Source: Squalus acanthias (taxonomy: Eukaryota). From it: a stretch of 64,000 nt of DNA. A program made the translations under genes and the position numbers. The notes under the pieces were generated by a model. It saw only the letters and a program-made list of their open reading frames with translations. It ran no database searches and was not told the origin of the DNA. Location of the stretch: NCBI GenBank assembly GCA_030390025.1, contig CM059432.1, positions 98,768,001 through 98,832,000 on the forward strand. Direction: 5' to 3'. Numbering within the stretch: position 1 is the stretch's first letter; each line of letters starts with the position of its first letter. This document shows positions 27,110-39,937 of this stretch, piece by piece.

Positions 27110-29770
27110 ACAGCAAAGTTAAAATGGCCACATTATCCTATATTCAAGACGGGGGATAGACTTTGTCCAGGGAATTATAGACCAGTCCGCTTAACATCGG
27201 TGGTTGGAAAAATAATGGAATCCCTACTAAAGCAGAAAATAGAAGAACATCCAGAAATCAAAAAACATAATAAGGAACAGTCTGTGAAGGAATATGCTAT
27301 ATAACCTTTTCAGAAAAATATACAATATGGCCTTTTTAGAAAAATAAACTATTTTATGAAAGAATTCTGGCCATGTTGAGATAAGACAGTGGTTGACCCT
27401 GAAGAGTACCTTATAAGGAACTGTACCTTATACATTCTTTAAAACATGACAAACTGGGGTTGGAAATTTAGAAACCTAACTATGAAATAGCTATGAAAGA
27501 ATTCTGGCTATTGAAACATTACAAGTTGTTGACCCTGAATAAATAACCTTATTCAAACAGAAGAATGGATGGCTCCGAGTGGCTGACCTTTTGGGAACAA
27601 AACAATGGTCAACCCTGGATAAGTGATATAAATTAAACCTCTTAAAGATGGCACATAAAATAAGGAACATCTGCCCTCGTAAAGATGACACATGAAATAA
27701 GGGACATCTGCCTTCACACCTATATGGTAAAAACTCCCAATAACTATTGCCGATGTAGCAGGAAGAATTGCAAGAGGTCGGCAGAAAGATGAATAGTGAT
27801 AATTAACTTGGATCAGCAGAAACCTTATGGGATACAACTGAAAAGGGTATAAATATTGAGTCTCAAATGGGATATCAGAGTCGCTTTAATCGGGCAAAGC
27901 GATTCTCGACTACAGAGGCGACTCTGTGGTCTTCCACTCTTTGTACCTTGGGGATTGAAGGTAATTTGATATTGATGGATATCCTGTATAGAAAATTTTA
28001 AGAACTGTAATACTGTAGCGAAGTTAAGATTTAAAAGTAAGATTCTCTGTTAAAAATAAGATCGTATTTTTTCTCTTTTTAGAACTGTTAATGTTGCGAT
28101 TGACTGATCCACCAACTGTAAATTGCATGTTGGTTCTTTTAATAAATCTCTCTATATATTTTTAGAATTGTCTCACATAAGTCTTCTATGTCAATAACTT
28201 GCAAACCCAATCTCTGTACACTCTTTGGTGGAGAGGTACATTTCTGAAGGAGATCTCCGGACCCTCATAATATCCGTGACGCTACAGTCTAGCTAAACTT
28301 ATTAAAAGTGCTATCTGGAGGACGGTAACATTCTCGGGTTGCTCCTTTCCTTTAGGGAGAGATAGCCTGGACCTTTAGACCCAGTTAAGCATCTTTAGGA
28401 TTCGGCTACCTCAAACTTTAGTTGAAAGTGAACATCTGAGAAATACGCCTGATCCGGGAAAGCCCAAAAGGGGCTCGGACTAGTAAATAGCCTTTCAAGT
28501 CAGTATGGATTTCAAAAGGGAAAGTCTTACTTGACCAACCTCATTGAATTTTTTGAAGAGGTAACAGAGAGAGTAGACAATGGTAATGCAGTAGATGTAA
28601 TTTATCTAGATTTTCAAAAAGGCCTTCGATAAGGTACTGATGAAAAAGGTCAGAGAATGCAAAGTCAGGGGACAAGTAGTAGAATGCATAGCTGGCTTCA
28701 AGACAGAAAGCAGAGAGTAGGGGTAAAAGGTAGCTATTCAAAGTGGCAGAAGGTGGGCAGTGGTGTTCCACAAGGATCAGTGCTGGGACCACTGTTGTTC
28801 ACAATTGACATTAACGATTTAGATTTTGGAATCAAAAACACAATTTCTAAATTTGCGGATGATACCAAATTGGGGGAGGGATAGTCAATACTGAGGAGGA
28901 CTGCAACAAATTACAGGAGGACATTAATAAACTTGCAGAATGGGCATATAATTGGCAAATGAAGTTCAACACAGATAAAAGTGAGATATTGCATTTTGGT
29001 AGGAAGAATAGGGAGGACACTTATTACTTGGAGGGTGCGAGTCTAGGTGGGGTAGAGGAACAAAGGGATCTTGGAGTACAAATACACAAATCACTAAAAG
29101 TTGCGATGTAGGTTAGCAAGGCCACAATAAAGCAAACTAAGCACTAGGGTTTATTTCTAGAGGGATAGAATTGAAAAGTCGGGAAGTTATGCTAAACCTG
29201 TATCGAACCTTAGTTAGACCACACTGCATACAGTTCTGGTCGCCATATTATAAAAAGGCTATAGAGGCACTGGAGAGGGTGCAGAGAAGATTTACAAGGA
29301 TGATACCAGAAATGCGAGGGTATACATATCAGGAAAGGATGAACAGGCTGGGTCACTTTTCTCTTGAAAACAGAAGGCTGAGGGGTGACTTAATAGAGGA
29401 CTTTAAAATTATGAAAGGTTTTGATAGAGTGGATACAGAGAGAATGTTTCCACTTGTGGGGAAGAGCATAACTAGAGGCCATCAATATAAGATAGTCACC
29501 AAGAAATCCAATAGGGAATTCAGAAGAAACTTCTTTACCCAAAGAGTGGTGAGAATGTGGAACTTGCTACCACAGGGAGTGGTTTAAGTGAATAGTATGG
29601 ATGCATTTAAGGGGAGGCTAGACAAGGGAGAAGGGAATAGAGGGTTATGCTGATAGATTTAGATGAGGAAAGACGGGATGAGGCTCGAGTGGAGCATAAA
29701 CGCCGGCATGGACTGGTTGGGCCGAATGGCCTGTTTCTGTGCCGTATATCCTATGTAATCCTATGTAATC
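27110..29770 (+). mobile_element. CR1 LINE, 5'-truncated, split by a solo LTR
   Basis: NYRPVRLTSVVGK before the insertion; GFQKGKS, FADD and RNFFTQRVV after it; (ATCCTATGTA)n tail. Confidence 0.92.
27283..28497 (+). mobile_element. Solo LTR (1215 bp)
   Basis: TG...CA ends (TGTGAAGG/CCTTTCA), 4-bp TSD AGTC, TATA ~27847, AATAAA 28141, tandem duplications in U3. Confidence 0.93.
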
Positions 29771-30269
29771 CGACAGGTTTGACTGAGCTTACAAAAATGT
29801 TTTCTGGTACCAGTCTGCTTTTCTTGTAGTATTACCAGTCATGTTAGTCAAGTGAAGAACAAATCCTAGTAAATCAGCAAAGCCACTAGTGCTGACACTG
29901 GAAGTGTCCAGTTCTTGTTAGTACATGTTTTGTGTCCTTTGGTTTCAGCAATCAGGTCAAGGCAGGGGAAGTTAAATTTACATAAGCAGGGTAATTCAAA
30001 CAGCACAGATTTAATAATTCAGAAAAACTGGCATAAGTCCTTACATTAAATTAAATTAGGATCTCCTTAAAACCTACCTCTTTGACCAAGCTTTTGGTCA
30101 CCAGCCCTAATTTCTCCTTATGTGGCTCGGTGTCAATTTTTTTGTCTTATAACACTCCTGTGAAGTGCCTGGGAACGTTTTACTACGTTAAAAGGCATTA
30201 TATAAATACAAGTTGTTGTTGTTGTTGAAATTGATCTTGTCGTTTAAAAAAATAATTCTGATGATATTT

Positions 30270-31007
30270 GTGTCACTGGCAAGGTTGTAATTTATTGCCC
30301 ATCCCTAGTTGTCCTTGAGAAGGTGATGGGTCTTCTTCTTGAACGCTGCTGTTCACATGGTGAAAGTGCTCCCACAGTGCAGTTAGGTAGGGAGTTCCAG
30401 GATTTTGCCCCAGCAACGGTAAAGGAACAGTGATATATATTCAAGTTGAGATAATGTGAGACTTGGAGGGGAATTTGGAGGTGATAGTGTTCCAATGCAT
30501 CTGCTGCCTTTGTCCTTCTAGGAGGTGGAGGTAATGGGTTTGGGAGTGGTGCTGAAGAAGCCTTGACGAGTTGCTGCAATGCATCCTGTAGATAGTACAC
30601 ACTGCAGCCATGGTACACCAGTGGTGGAGGGAGTGGATGTTTAAGCTGGTGGATGGAGTGTCAATCAAGCGGGCTGCTTTGCCCTGGATAGTGTTGAGCT
30701 TACTAAGTGTTGTTGCTGCTGAACCCATCTAGGCAAGTAGAAAGTATTCCATCATAATCCTGACTTGTGGCTTGTAGGAGAGGCTTCGTGGAGATAGTCG
30801 TAGTCATTGTCTGGCACTTATGTGGTGAGAATGTTACTTGCCACTTATCACCCCAAGCCTGGATGTTGTCCAAGTCTTGCTGCATGCGGGCATGGACTGC
30901 TTCATTATCTGATGAATTACCTGAACACTGTGCAATCATCAGCAAATAGCCCCATTTCTGACATTATGATAGAGGGAAGGTCATTGAGGAAACAGCTGAA
31001 GATAGTT
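30270..31007 (-). mobile_element. Truncated, internally deleted copy of the SINE-headed LINE family
   Basis: SDNEAVHARMQQDLDNIQAW, CTIYRMHCSNS and the shared 3' tail. Confidence 0.88.
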
Positions 31008-31806
31008 GGGCTAGAAATTCGGCTGTTTTGTTTTGAAATTGCCATCCATGCCACGTGCCCACCCTTTTGGTGAGGGTGGTAGGGTGGGCGTTCGGAGCGT
31101 GCGCTGGAAGTATGTAGAGTAGGCAGAACGTGACGTCAATCAGCGTGCAATGCTGATTTGATGCCCTGCTGCCATTTTCATCCTCAACCCTAGAGCTAAT
31201 GCCCTGTCTTAACCTTGTACAGATAAACACGCGTTCAGTAACAGCAAGGACCACTCCCCCCCACCACCAGCGTTATTTTAAGTGATCATCAACCAATCTC
31301 ATTAGTTGCTAATTAATTTCTAATGGGAATGTGTAAGTTTGTGGAAGTGTTTGGTGCTTTCTAGAGTTGTTTAAAGTTGGTGAGGTGACAGGGAGTGGAG
31401 AAGGCCTTCGTTCTGACTTCAAGGGTTCTGGTCAGACCACTTGCTCCCAGTCATGGGTGCTCTAGTTGTCATCCCCCTTGGCCTGCAGCATGACAGGAGG
31501 ATGGAACGGAGACAACAAAGAAAAGAACAAGCTTCTCGTAGAGGGGGAGGAAGAGGAAGAGGAAGAGGAGGAGGAGCAGGAGGAAGAGAGGAAGCAACCA
31601 GCACATCCAATCTCTGGCAGGGCTGTCTGTGATTGCCTCATTCGATTACGGTTTCACTGAACACAACCCAAAATCCCCATTGAACAACAATCACAGACCT
31701 TGCCATCCCTCTGTTCTGGACCATCACAGCATCCTCTTGGCCACAATGCTGAAACAAAAGCCACCACAAAAGAAATATTCTATCCAATATTACATAACAA
31801 AGTCAA

Positions 31807-34417
31807 CTAATAATCCCTGTGCATTCCTTTAGTGCCTGTCTTTGATGTGCCTTTGCCTGTCCTAGTGCTCCTACGGAGTGCTACCCCAGTGGCTGCAGCA
31901 TGGCTGGTGGAAGGCTGCTGACCTTCAATGGGGGGAGACTGCAGATGGCCTTGCAGGATGTCCTCCAGCAGCTCTGGGCCCAGAAGACCCGGCTGCGGAC
32001 TGCACCACCTTGCCATGGGCGGCAGTGTCAGCAGTCTGGGCTGGCTGACAGGCAACATCAAAGGCTCTGGCGGAGTGGCAGTGGTGGGAGGACAAATGAT
32101 GTCATCCTGGGAGAGGACAGCAGGTTCATGCTCCACAGAGCCACTGCCACTCCCCCGGGGCGGCGCCTCAGCAATCCTAGTAATCTGTTGGAGGACAGAT
32201 TGCTGGACTGCTGTGAAACACTGCAAGTCTCTTTCCACACTAGTAAACGCAGCCACGATAGGAGCAGTCTGAGCTTGCATGGCAGAAGTCTGAGCTTCCA
32301 CTGCAGCACTTATGCCGCAGTGGAAGCTGAGACATCAGCCATCAGATGCTGCATCATGGTTGGGTCCACAAGTGCACAAATGGAATTGCCCACCGTTTCC
32401 ATGCTGGAAATCATGGGCTCCAAGCTCTTCACATAGCCCTGTGCAAGGTTGGTGCCAGACTCTTCCGTGCTCCTTGACATTGCACTCTGGCTTTCTGGTG
32501 GGCCTGCCAATGCACCAAGCATTTCATTGTGCATACCCATCAGCCTCCTTTTGTAGCCCACCCCATCGACGTCCTCATCTGAGTCCTGTTCAGCAAAACT
32601 TGTGTGCGACCTTGCTCTCCACGGAGCTGGCATCTGCACTACCCTTTGCCCCTGCCCTGGCTGCAGGCCACTCATGCCTGGTGTCTCACCACATGTAAAT
32701 CCCGCCTCTATCCTATCCTCTAAAGTAGGCAGAGTGTCAGTATCTGAGCTGGTGGCTGTGAGTGTGAAATTGAGTGACGGAGCTGTTTCATCATCATCAA
32801 TGTCTTGTTACTCTTCAATTTCCTGCTCCTCCACCAGTGCCTGGCCAGTTGGCAGTTCTTGGCTATCTGAACGGAGAAAGGTACAAGGATAAGGTTGTAG
32901 TGAGGGGAGGCAGGGGAAAGCAAGAGGTGCATGCTTACACCATGTGCAGCTTGTAAATCAGAAGAGATTGTGGTATGAGGGGGAAGTGGAATGTGCGAAG
33001 AAGGATTATATATGGGGATAATGTCATCTGATATTGTTTCAGTCCCGCCGCTGTCCACAGGCTTAGCGATTGCCCTCCGAATAATGACCAACTCCATCTC
33101 CTCCATAGGGGTTAAAACATGCAGGCATGCCTGTCCCCTGCTGGTTAGGTCCTGCTTCCTCCGGTTGTGAGCCACCTTGTCCTGCAAGGTAAAGGGAAGT
33201 GTGTGAGTGATGTAACACTTTCTCTTACTACTGTTCGGACCTGGAGAATTATGAATTAGCTTAACAATGACAGACAAGGATGCGATCAATAAAATTGGTC
33301 TTTATTCACACTATAGTTCAAAATTTGAGTGTGCATAGAAGAAACTTTGGCAATAAATTCAAAGAACTCTCGGCAATAAATATACCTGCAACTTATTAAT
33401 TCAAAGTATATAAAAGTGCCCCTTTAACAATATCTAAGCTTATATCTGATTCCCATACATACTCCTTCATCTCTGGGTCATCTCCCTCCTGTGCTGTCTT
33501 CGGTGTTCTTCTTCTGTGTTCTCTGATGTTCTTTCTTCGGAAAACTTGAAAACTCCCGCCCCTGGGTTATCGTAAATCACACTCTGCCTCCCTCTGACAG
33601 GTCAGTCCCACTCCAAGCCTTCCCTGATTGGAGTTCCTTCCGCATGACACGTTCCTGTTCCTGTGAGATGTAGGGGGGCGGGACTTCCTTGTCAATCATT
33701 GTCCAGGTGGCCTCTCAAACAAAGAACACATACTGACCACCATTTTGTGTTTTCACAAACAAAGAACACATACTGACCACCATTTTGTGTTTTCACAAAC
33801 AAAGAACACATGCTGATTTCTTACATTTTAAATCCGTCCGTTATAATCTTACAATTCGTTCGCAATTTCGATCTCCACACGGTAGCAGCGGTTTTATTAC
33901 ACTTTTCAGAATCTTACAGTGAGTGTGGTGCAATGTGCTTGGGTGATATGCCTGTCATGGTTGAATAGCTGGCAGTGTGTTCAAGCTGTGAGGTGTGGGT
34001 GTGAGGCTTGCAGCAGTGGTAAGTGTGTGCAATTGAAGTGAAGCTATGAATGTGAGGTATGAGTCATGTTTGGTAGAGATTGTTGGTAGGTGAGTAATGG
34101 GGTGTGGTTCAGTGAGCAGTGTGTGAGGTTAGTGGTGCAGATGTTGGGATATTGCATTTGAAAATTAATTCACTGACCTTGGCCACTCGTGTGAGGTCAT
34201 TAAACTTCTTCCTGCACTGAGTCGAGGTCCTCAGGGCTACACTGCTGGCATTGACCACGAAGGCTATCTGCTCCCTTTGCCTTTTCCGAGTTTGCCTGGA
34301 GGGTCCCCATGCCCCCTTTGGAAACAGGACCTCTCTCCTCCTGTCCACCTTCTGCACAAAGGCTTCCAGTGCTGCATTGGATAACCTTGGAGCATGCTCT
34401 CTCCTCTGTTGTGCCAT
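31807..34417 (-). pseudogene. Harbinger Myb/SANT-like DNA-binding gene, 3 exons, frameshifted
   Basis: MAQQRREHAPRLSNAALEAFV...QCRKKFNDL; donor AAG|GTCAGT (exon ends 34178); acceptor TTGCAG|GAC (33181). Confidence 0.85.
33211..33918 (-). mobile_element. Solo LTR (708 bp) in Myb intron 1
   Basis: TGTAA...TTACA ends, 4-bp TSD GTGA, 40-bp tandem repeat at 33716-33810; orientation inferred from minus-strand AATAAA and CCAAT. Confidence 0.88.
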
Positions 34418-35176
34418 CAGCAGTACTTTTTCCTGCTCAGACTCTGTTCCCCAGCCAGAAAGCACCTCCCGTTTAAGAAGTGCAGACTGCCTTTAAGAAG
34501 TGCAGGCTAGCTTTAATTGGTGCTAGCCTCGCACAAACTTGGACCCTCTGCTGACAGTGCAGCCACTCAGTGCTGGGCTGCACACCACAATCATGTTAAT
34601 CACCAGGCAGCACGACGTTGGCATGCTGCCTGCATTACTTTGAACGTGCACCCACTTTCTGGGGCAATTGAATTTCCAGCCACACATGTTTTATGCTGGA
34701 AATTCAATAACATTCATATGGGCATTTTGACAGGGAATGTAATGAATAATTAATTGAAGTTTGGGATGCAGAGGCTATTCCTTTTGCTTTATATATAATT
34801 TATTTTTGAGATTTATAAGTCATAGCACAACATCCAGTTCACATTATTTTTTAGCAGTAGGTTAAGCAAAATCTCACATGAAACCAATTAAATAATGTGG
34901 GTGTGATAATTGCATCTACCATGTTGATTAAATAGTGTAAATCATTTTTAATGGTAGCACTTGCTGATGAATGAGAATTCCATCATTCTTTTTAAGCAAA
35001 TAACAAACATTTATGTACTGATCCAATTTGGTAGTAATGGACCTGTAAGTGCCGAAGAACTGGACAAGCTCACAAAGGTGTTCTCCCAGACATAAAAATA
35101 TTCTCGGTGCATTCTTTTGTATGTTTAACTGAAGTATGAATATCCATATCACATTCATATTTGTAACTTTGTAACT

Positions 35177-35262
35177 TTACCTGAGGAAGGGGCGATAGCT
35201 CCGAAAGCTTGTAATTTTAAATAAATCTGTTGGACTATAACCTGGTGTTGTGCGACTTCTCA
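35177..35262 (+). ncRNA. Second Penelope-type end with a minimal hammerhead candidate
   Basis: TTAC-CTGAGGA-A-GGGGC gata GCTCC-GAAA-GCTT-GTAA; sister copy at 49063. Confidence 0.68.
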
Positions 35263-35431
35263 TTTTATTTTTTACATTCATATTTTGAACAGTGTTATGG
35301 TTCGTCAGGCTCTGTAAAATCTTTTATTATGAGCTTTAATGTGTTTCCATATAGAACGTATATTTTGTGCCATTCTTTGACATTCAAATCTCTCTGTTCT
35401 CAACATGGTCATGTTGGGGCAAACAAACTCA

Positions 35432-38400
35432 CCGCATAGTGGTAATGTCACTGGGCTAGTAATCCAGAGGCCTCGACTAATGATCCAGCGATGTGAGTTC
35501 AAATCCCACCACGGCAGCTGGGGAATTTAAATTCAGTTAATTAAATAATCTGGAATAAAAAGCTAGTATCAGTAATGGTAACCATGAAACTATCGGATTG
35601 ACATAAAAACCCATCTGGTTCACTAATGTCCTTTAGGAAAGGAAATCTGCCATCCTTACCTGGTCTGGCCTATATGTGACTCCAGACCCACAGCAATGTG
35701 GTTGACTCTTAACTGCCCTCTGAAATGGCCTAGCAAGCCACTCAGTTGTAACAAACCGCCACGAATCACAATAATAAGAATGAAACCGGATGGACCACCC
35801 GGCATCGACCTCGGCACCGGCTTCGGACACGGAAACGGCACACCCAGCCCAGTCGACCCTGCAAAGTCCTCCTCACCAACATCTGGGGATTGTGCCAAAA
35901 TTGGGCGAGCTGTCCCACAGACGAGTCAAACAACAGCCTGACATAGTCATACTCACAGAATCATACCTTCCAGCCAATGTCCCAGAATCCTCCATCACCA
36001 TCCCTGGGTATCTCCTGTTCCACCGGCAGGACAGACCCACCAGAGGTGGCGGCACAGTGGTATACAGTCGGGAAGGAGTGGCCCTGGGAGTCCTCAACAT
36101 TGACTCTGGACCCCATGAAGTCTCATGGCTTCAGGTCAAGCATTGGCAAGGAAAGCTCCTGCTGATTACCACATAGCGCCCTCCCTCAGCTGATGAATCA
36201 GTACTCCGCCATGTTGAACACCACTTGGAAGAAGCACTGAGAGTAGCAAGAGCACAGAATGTACTCTGGGTGCGGGACTTCAATGTCCATCACCAAGAAT
36301 GGCTCGGTAGCACAACTACTGACCGAGCTGGCCGAGTCCTGAAGGACATAGCTGCCAGTCTGGGCCTGCAACAGGTGGTGTGAGAACCAACACGAGGGAA
36401 AAACCTACTTGACCTCATCCTCACCAATCTACCTGTCGCAGATGCATCTGTCCACAACAGTATTGGTAGCAGTGACCACCGCACAGTCATTGTGGAGACA
36501 AAATCACGTCTTCACACTGAGGACACCCTCCATCGTGTTGTGTGGCCCTACCACCGTGCTAAATGGGATAGGTTCAGAACAGATCTAGCAGCTGAAAACT
36601 GGGCATCCATGAGGCGCTGTGGGTCATCAGCAGCAGCAGAATTGTATTCCACCACAATCTGTAACCTCATGGCCCGGCATATCCCTCACTCTACCATTAC
36701 CATCAAGCCAGGGGACCAACCCTGGTTCAATAAGGAGTGTCGAAGAGTATGCCAGGAGCAGTACCAGGTGTACCTAAAAGTGAAGTGCCAACCTGGGGAA
36801 GCTGCAACACCGGACTTACATGCATGCTAAAAAGCGGAAGCGGCATGCTATAGACAGGGCTAAGCGATCCCACAATCAACGGGTCAGATCAAAGCTCATG
36901 CAGTCCTGCCACATCCAGTCATGAATGGTGGACCATTAAACAACTAACGGGAGGAGGAGGCTCCATGAATATCCCCATCCTCAATGATGGTGGAGCCCAG
37001 CATGTGAGTGCAAAAGACAAAGCTGAAGCGTTTGCAACCATCTTCAGCCTGAAGTGCCGAGTGGATGATCCATATTGGCCTCCTCCTGAGGTCCCCACCA
37101 TCACAGATGCCAGTCTTCAGCCAATTCGATTCACTCCACGTGATATTAGGAAATGGCTGAGCGCACAAGATACAGCAAAGGCTATGGGCCCCGACAGCAT
37201 CCCGGCTATCGTGCTGAAGACTTGTGCTCCAGAACTAGCCGTGCCTCTAGTCAAGCTGTTCCAGTACAGCTACAACACTGGCATCTATCCGACAATGTGG
37301 AAAATTGCCCAGGTCCGTCCTGTCCACAAAAATCAGGACATTTTCAATCTGGCCAATTACTGTCCCATCAGTCTACTCTCAATCATCAGCAAAGTGATGG
37401 AATGTGTCATCGACAGTGCTATCAAGCGGCACATACTCACCAGTAACCTGCTCACTGATGCCCAGTTTGGGTTCCGCAAAGACCACTTGGCTCCCAACCG
37501 CTTTACAGCCTTGGTCCAAACATGGACAAAGGAGTTGAATTCCAGAGGTGAGGTGAAAGTGACTGTTCCAGACATCAAGGTAGCATTTGACGGAGTTTGG
37601 CATCAAGGAGCCCTAGTAAAACTGAAGTCAATGGAAATCGGGGGGGAAAACTCTCCACTTGCTGGAGTCATACCTAGCACAAAGGAAGATGGTTGTGGTG
37701 ATTGAAGGTCAATCATCGCAGCCCCAGGACATCGCTGCAGGAGTTCCTCAGGGCAGTGTCCTAGGCCCAACTATCTTCAGCTGCTTCATCAATGACCTTC
37801 CCTCCATCATAAGGTCAGAAGTGGGGATGTTCGCTGATGACTGCACAGTGTTCAGTGCCATTCACAACTAATCAGATAATAAAATAGTCCATGCCCACAT
37901 GCAACAAGACCTGGATGATGGTCAGGCTTGGGCTGATAAGTGGCAGGTAACATTCGCACCACAGAAGTGCCAGGTAATGACTATCTCCAACATGCGAGAG
38001 TCTAACCATCGCCCTTTGACATTCAACGGCATTACCATCGCCGAATCCCCCACCATCAACATCCTGGGGGTCACCATTGACCAGAAACTTAACTGGACCA
38101 GCCACATAAATACTGTGGCAACAAGAGCAGGTCAGAGGCTAGGTATTCTGCGGTGAGTGTCTCACCTCCTGACTCCCCAAAGCCTTTCCACCATCTACAA
38201 GGCACAAGTAAGGAGTGTGATGGAATATGCTCCACTTGCCTGGATGAGTACAGCTCCAACAACACTCAAGAAGTTTGACACCATCCAGGACAAAGCAGCC
38301 CGCTTGATTGGCATCCCATCCACCACCTTAAACATTCACTCCCTCCATCACCGGTGTACCGTGGCTGAAGTGTGTACCATCTACAAGATGCATTGCAGCA

Positions 38401-38733
38401 ACTCGCCAAGGCTTATTCAGCAGCACCTCCCAAACCCACAACCTCTTCCACCTCAAACGACAAGGGCAGCAGGCACATGGGAACACCACCACCTCCAAGT
38501 TCCCCTCCAAGTATCACACCATCCTGACTTAGAAGTATATCGTTGATCCTTCATCATCACTTGGTCAAAATCCTGGAACTCCCTCCCTAACAGCACTGTG
38601 GGAGTACCTTCACCACACGGACTGCAGCGGTTCAAGAAGGCGGCTCACCACCACCTTCTCAAGGGCAATTAGGGATGGGCAATAAATGCTGGCCTTGCCA
38701 GCAATGCCCACATTCCATAAACGAATAAAAAAA
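35432..38733 (+). mobile_element. Near full-length CR1/L2-group LINE with a tRNA-like SINE head and no ORF1
   Basis: A-box-like CCGCATAGTGG (35432-35442), B box GAGTTCAAATCCC (35495-35507), EN+RT coding region, A-rich tail. Confidence 0.88.
35860..38546 (+). pseudogene. APE endonuclease + reverse transcriptase ORF with stops and frameshifts
   Basis: PDIVILTESYL, RQDRPTRGGG, DFNVHH, LDLILTN, SDH; then [25 protein letters not shown]. Confidence 0.92.
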
Positions 38734-38744
38734 GTATTCAAAGT

Positions 38745-39825
38745 AATGAAGGAACAGCTTACAAACGTGGATGGGCAAAATTTGTTTGACAATACAATTG
38801 GAACACCTTTAAAGGCATAACATTTAGGATGATTCGCTGAGTCAAATTCATGGTCACTGGGTCAAGTTCCTGGAAGTCCCTACCTAATAGCATTGTGGGA
38901 GTACCTTCACCACATAGAATGCAGCAGTTCAAGAAGAAGGTCCACCACCACCTTTGCCGGTAGGCATGGGCAATAAATTCTGGCCTTGCTAGTGATGCCC
39001 ATAGCCCCAGAATGCATTTTTAAAAATTATTATAAATACATACTTAGAATCAGAACCTCAGACTAAACAAGCGTGACCCCAAATTAATTAACAAACTAAA
39101 CCTCTAAAGAGAAAGATGATAAGGTTCATTGGGATTACAATAAAAACACATAAAAACACATTAAAAGTTGCAATGGGAGACCTGTAAAAAAGCATAGCTG
39201 CAGAGGCAAAAGGTAACAGTACGAATTGTTTAAGTACTACACCAGTAAGTGGGCAGTCAAAGAAGAAGTGAGAATCATAAAAGATACAGCAGACTAGGAA
39301 GAGGAGGATGAGTTTAAGTTAGTAAATATTCTGAATGTTTATTTTGTCCAAGTATTCACATGGGAAGATATTAGTCATGTATCCTCCCCATTAACTTAGT
39401 CAAAATTAATAACTTCAATATAAATGAGTTGCAAGGCCTAGACAGGCCAAAAACACTCATAATAAATAAATCCCCAGGATTAGATGGCATTGATCCCATA
39501 GTGCTGAGACTAGTGAGGGATTTGTGAGGCAATAACAATAATAATGAGAATCACTAGATGCTAGGAATGGGTTTCTATGACACAATATTCTAAAAGGGTG
39601 ACAAAACAGACACAAAGAACCACAGATTCATTACTCATACTTCATTCCATGGAAAACAATACAATGAAATATTAGGAGTAAATTTGAGGATTATCTGTAC
39701 AAAAACACGCTAGTAAACAACAGTCGATATGGATTCAGAAAGGGGAGATACTATCTGAACAACATCCTTCACTTTTTTGAGGAAGTCACAATACAAATAC
39801 ACTGTGGAAAGTCCTACAACAGGGC
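38745..39825 (+). mobile_element. Old degenerate CR1 ORF2, with a short LINE/SINE tail inserted at ~38845-39020
   Basis: KSPGLDGIDPIVLR, YGFRKGR, FFEEVT remnants. Confidence 0.75.
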
Positions 39826-39937
39826 ACTGCTTCACCTCACCCTCACACACTTAGCACTGTTGCAAGCCTCAAACCCACATCTTAAGCTTGCAGACATTGG
39901 CAGCTATTCAATCATGACAGCCACATCACTCAAACAG

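Larger units (their letters stand above)
31008..34681. mobile_element. Harbinger transposon, transposase internally deleted
   Basis: TIR GGCTAGAAATTC/GAATTTCCAGCC; transposase N-terminus at ~31452 (+) convergent with the Myb gene (-). Confidence 0.87.

Noticed and set aside
35432..35510. Genuine tRNA gene
   Set aside because: Has A and B boxes but no convincing cloverleaf or terminator, and continues into retroposon sequence.
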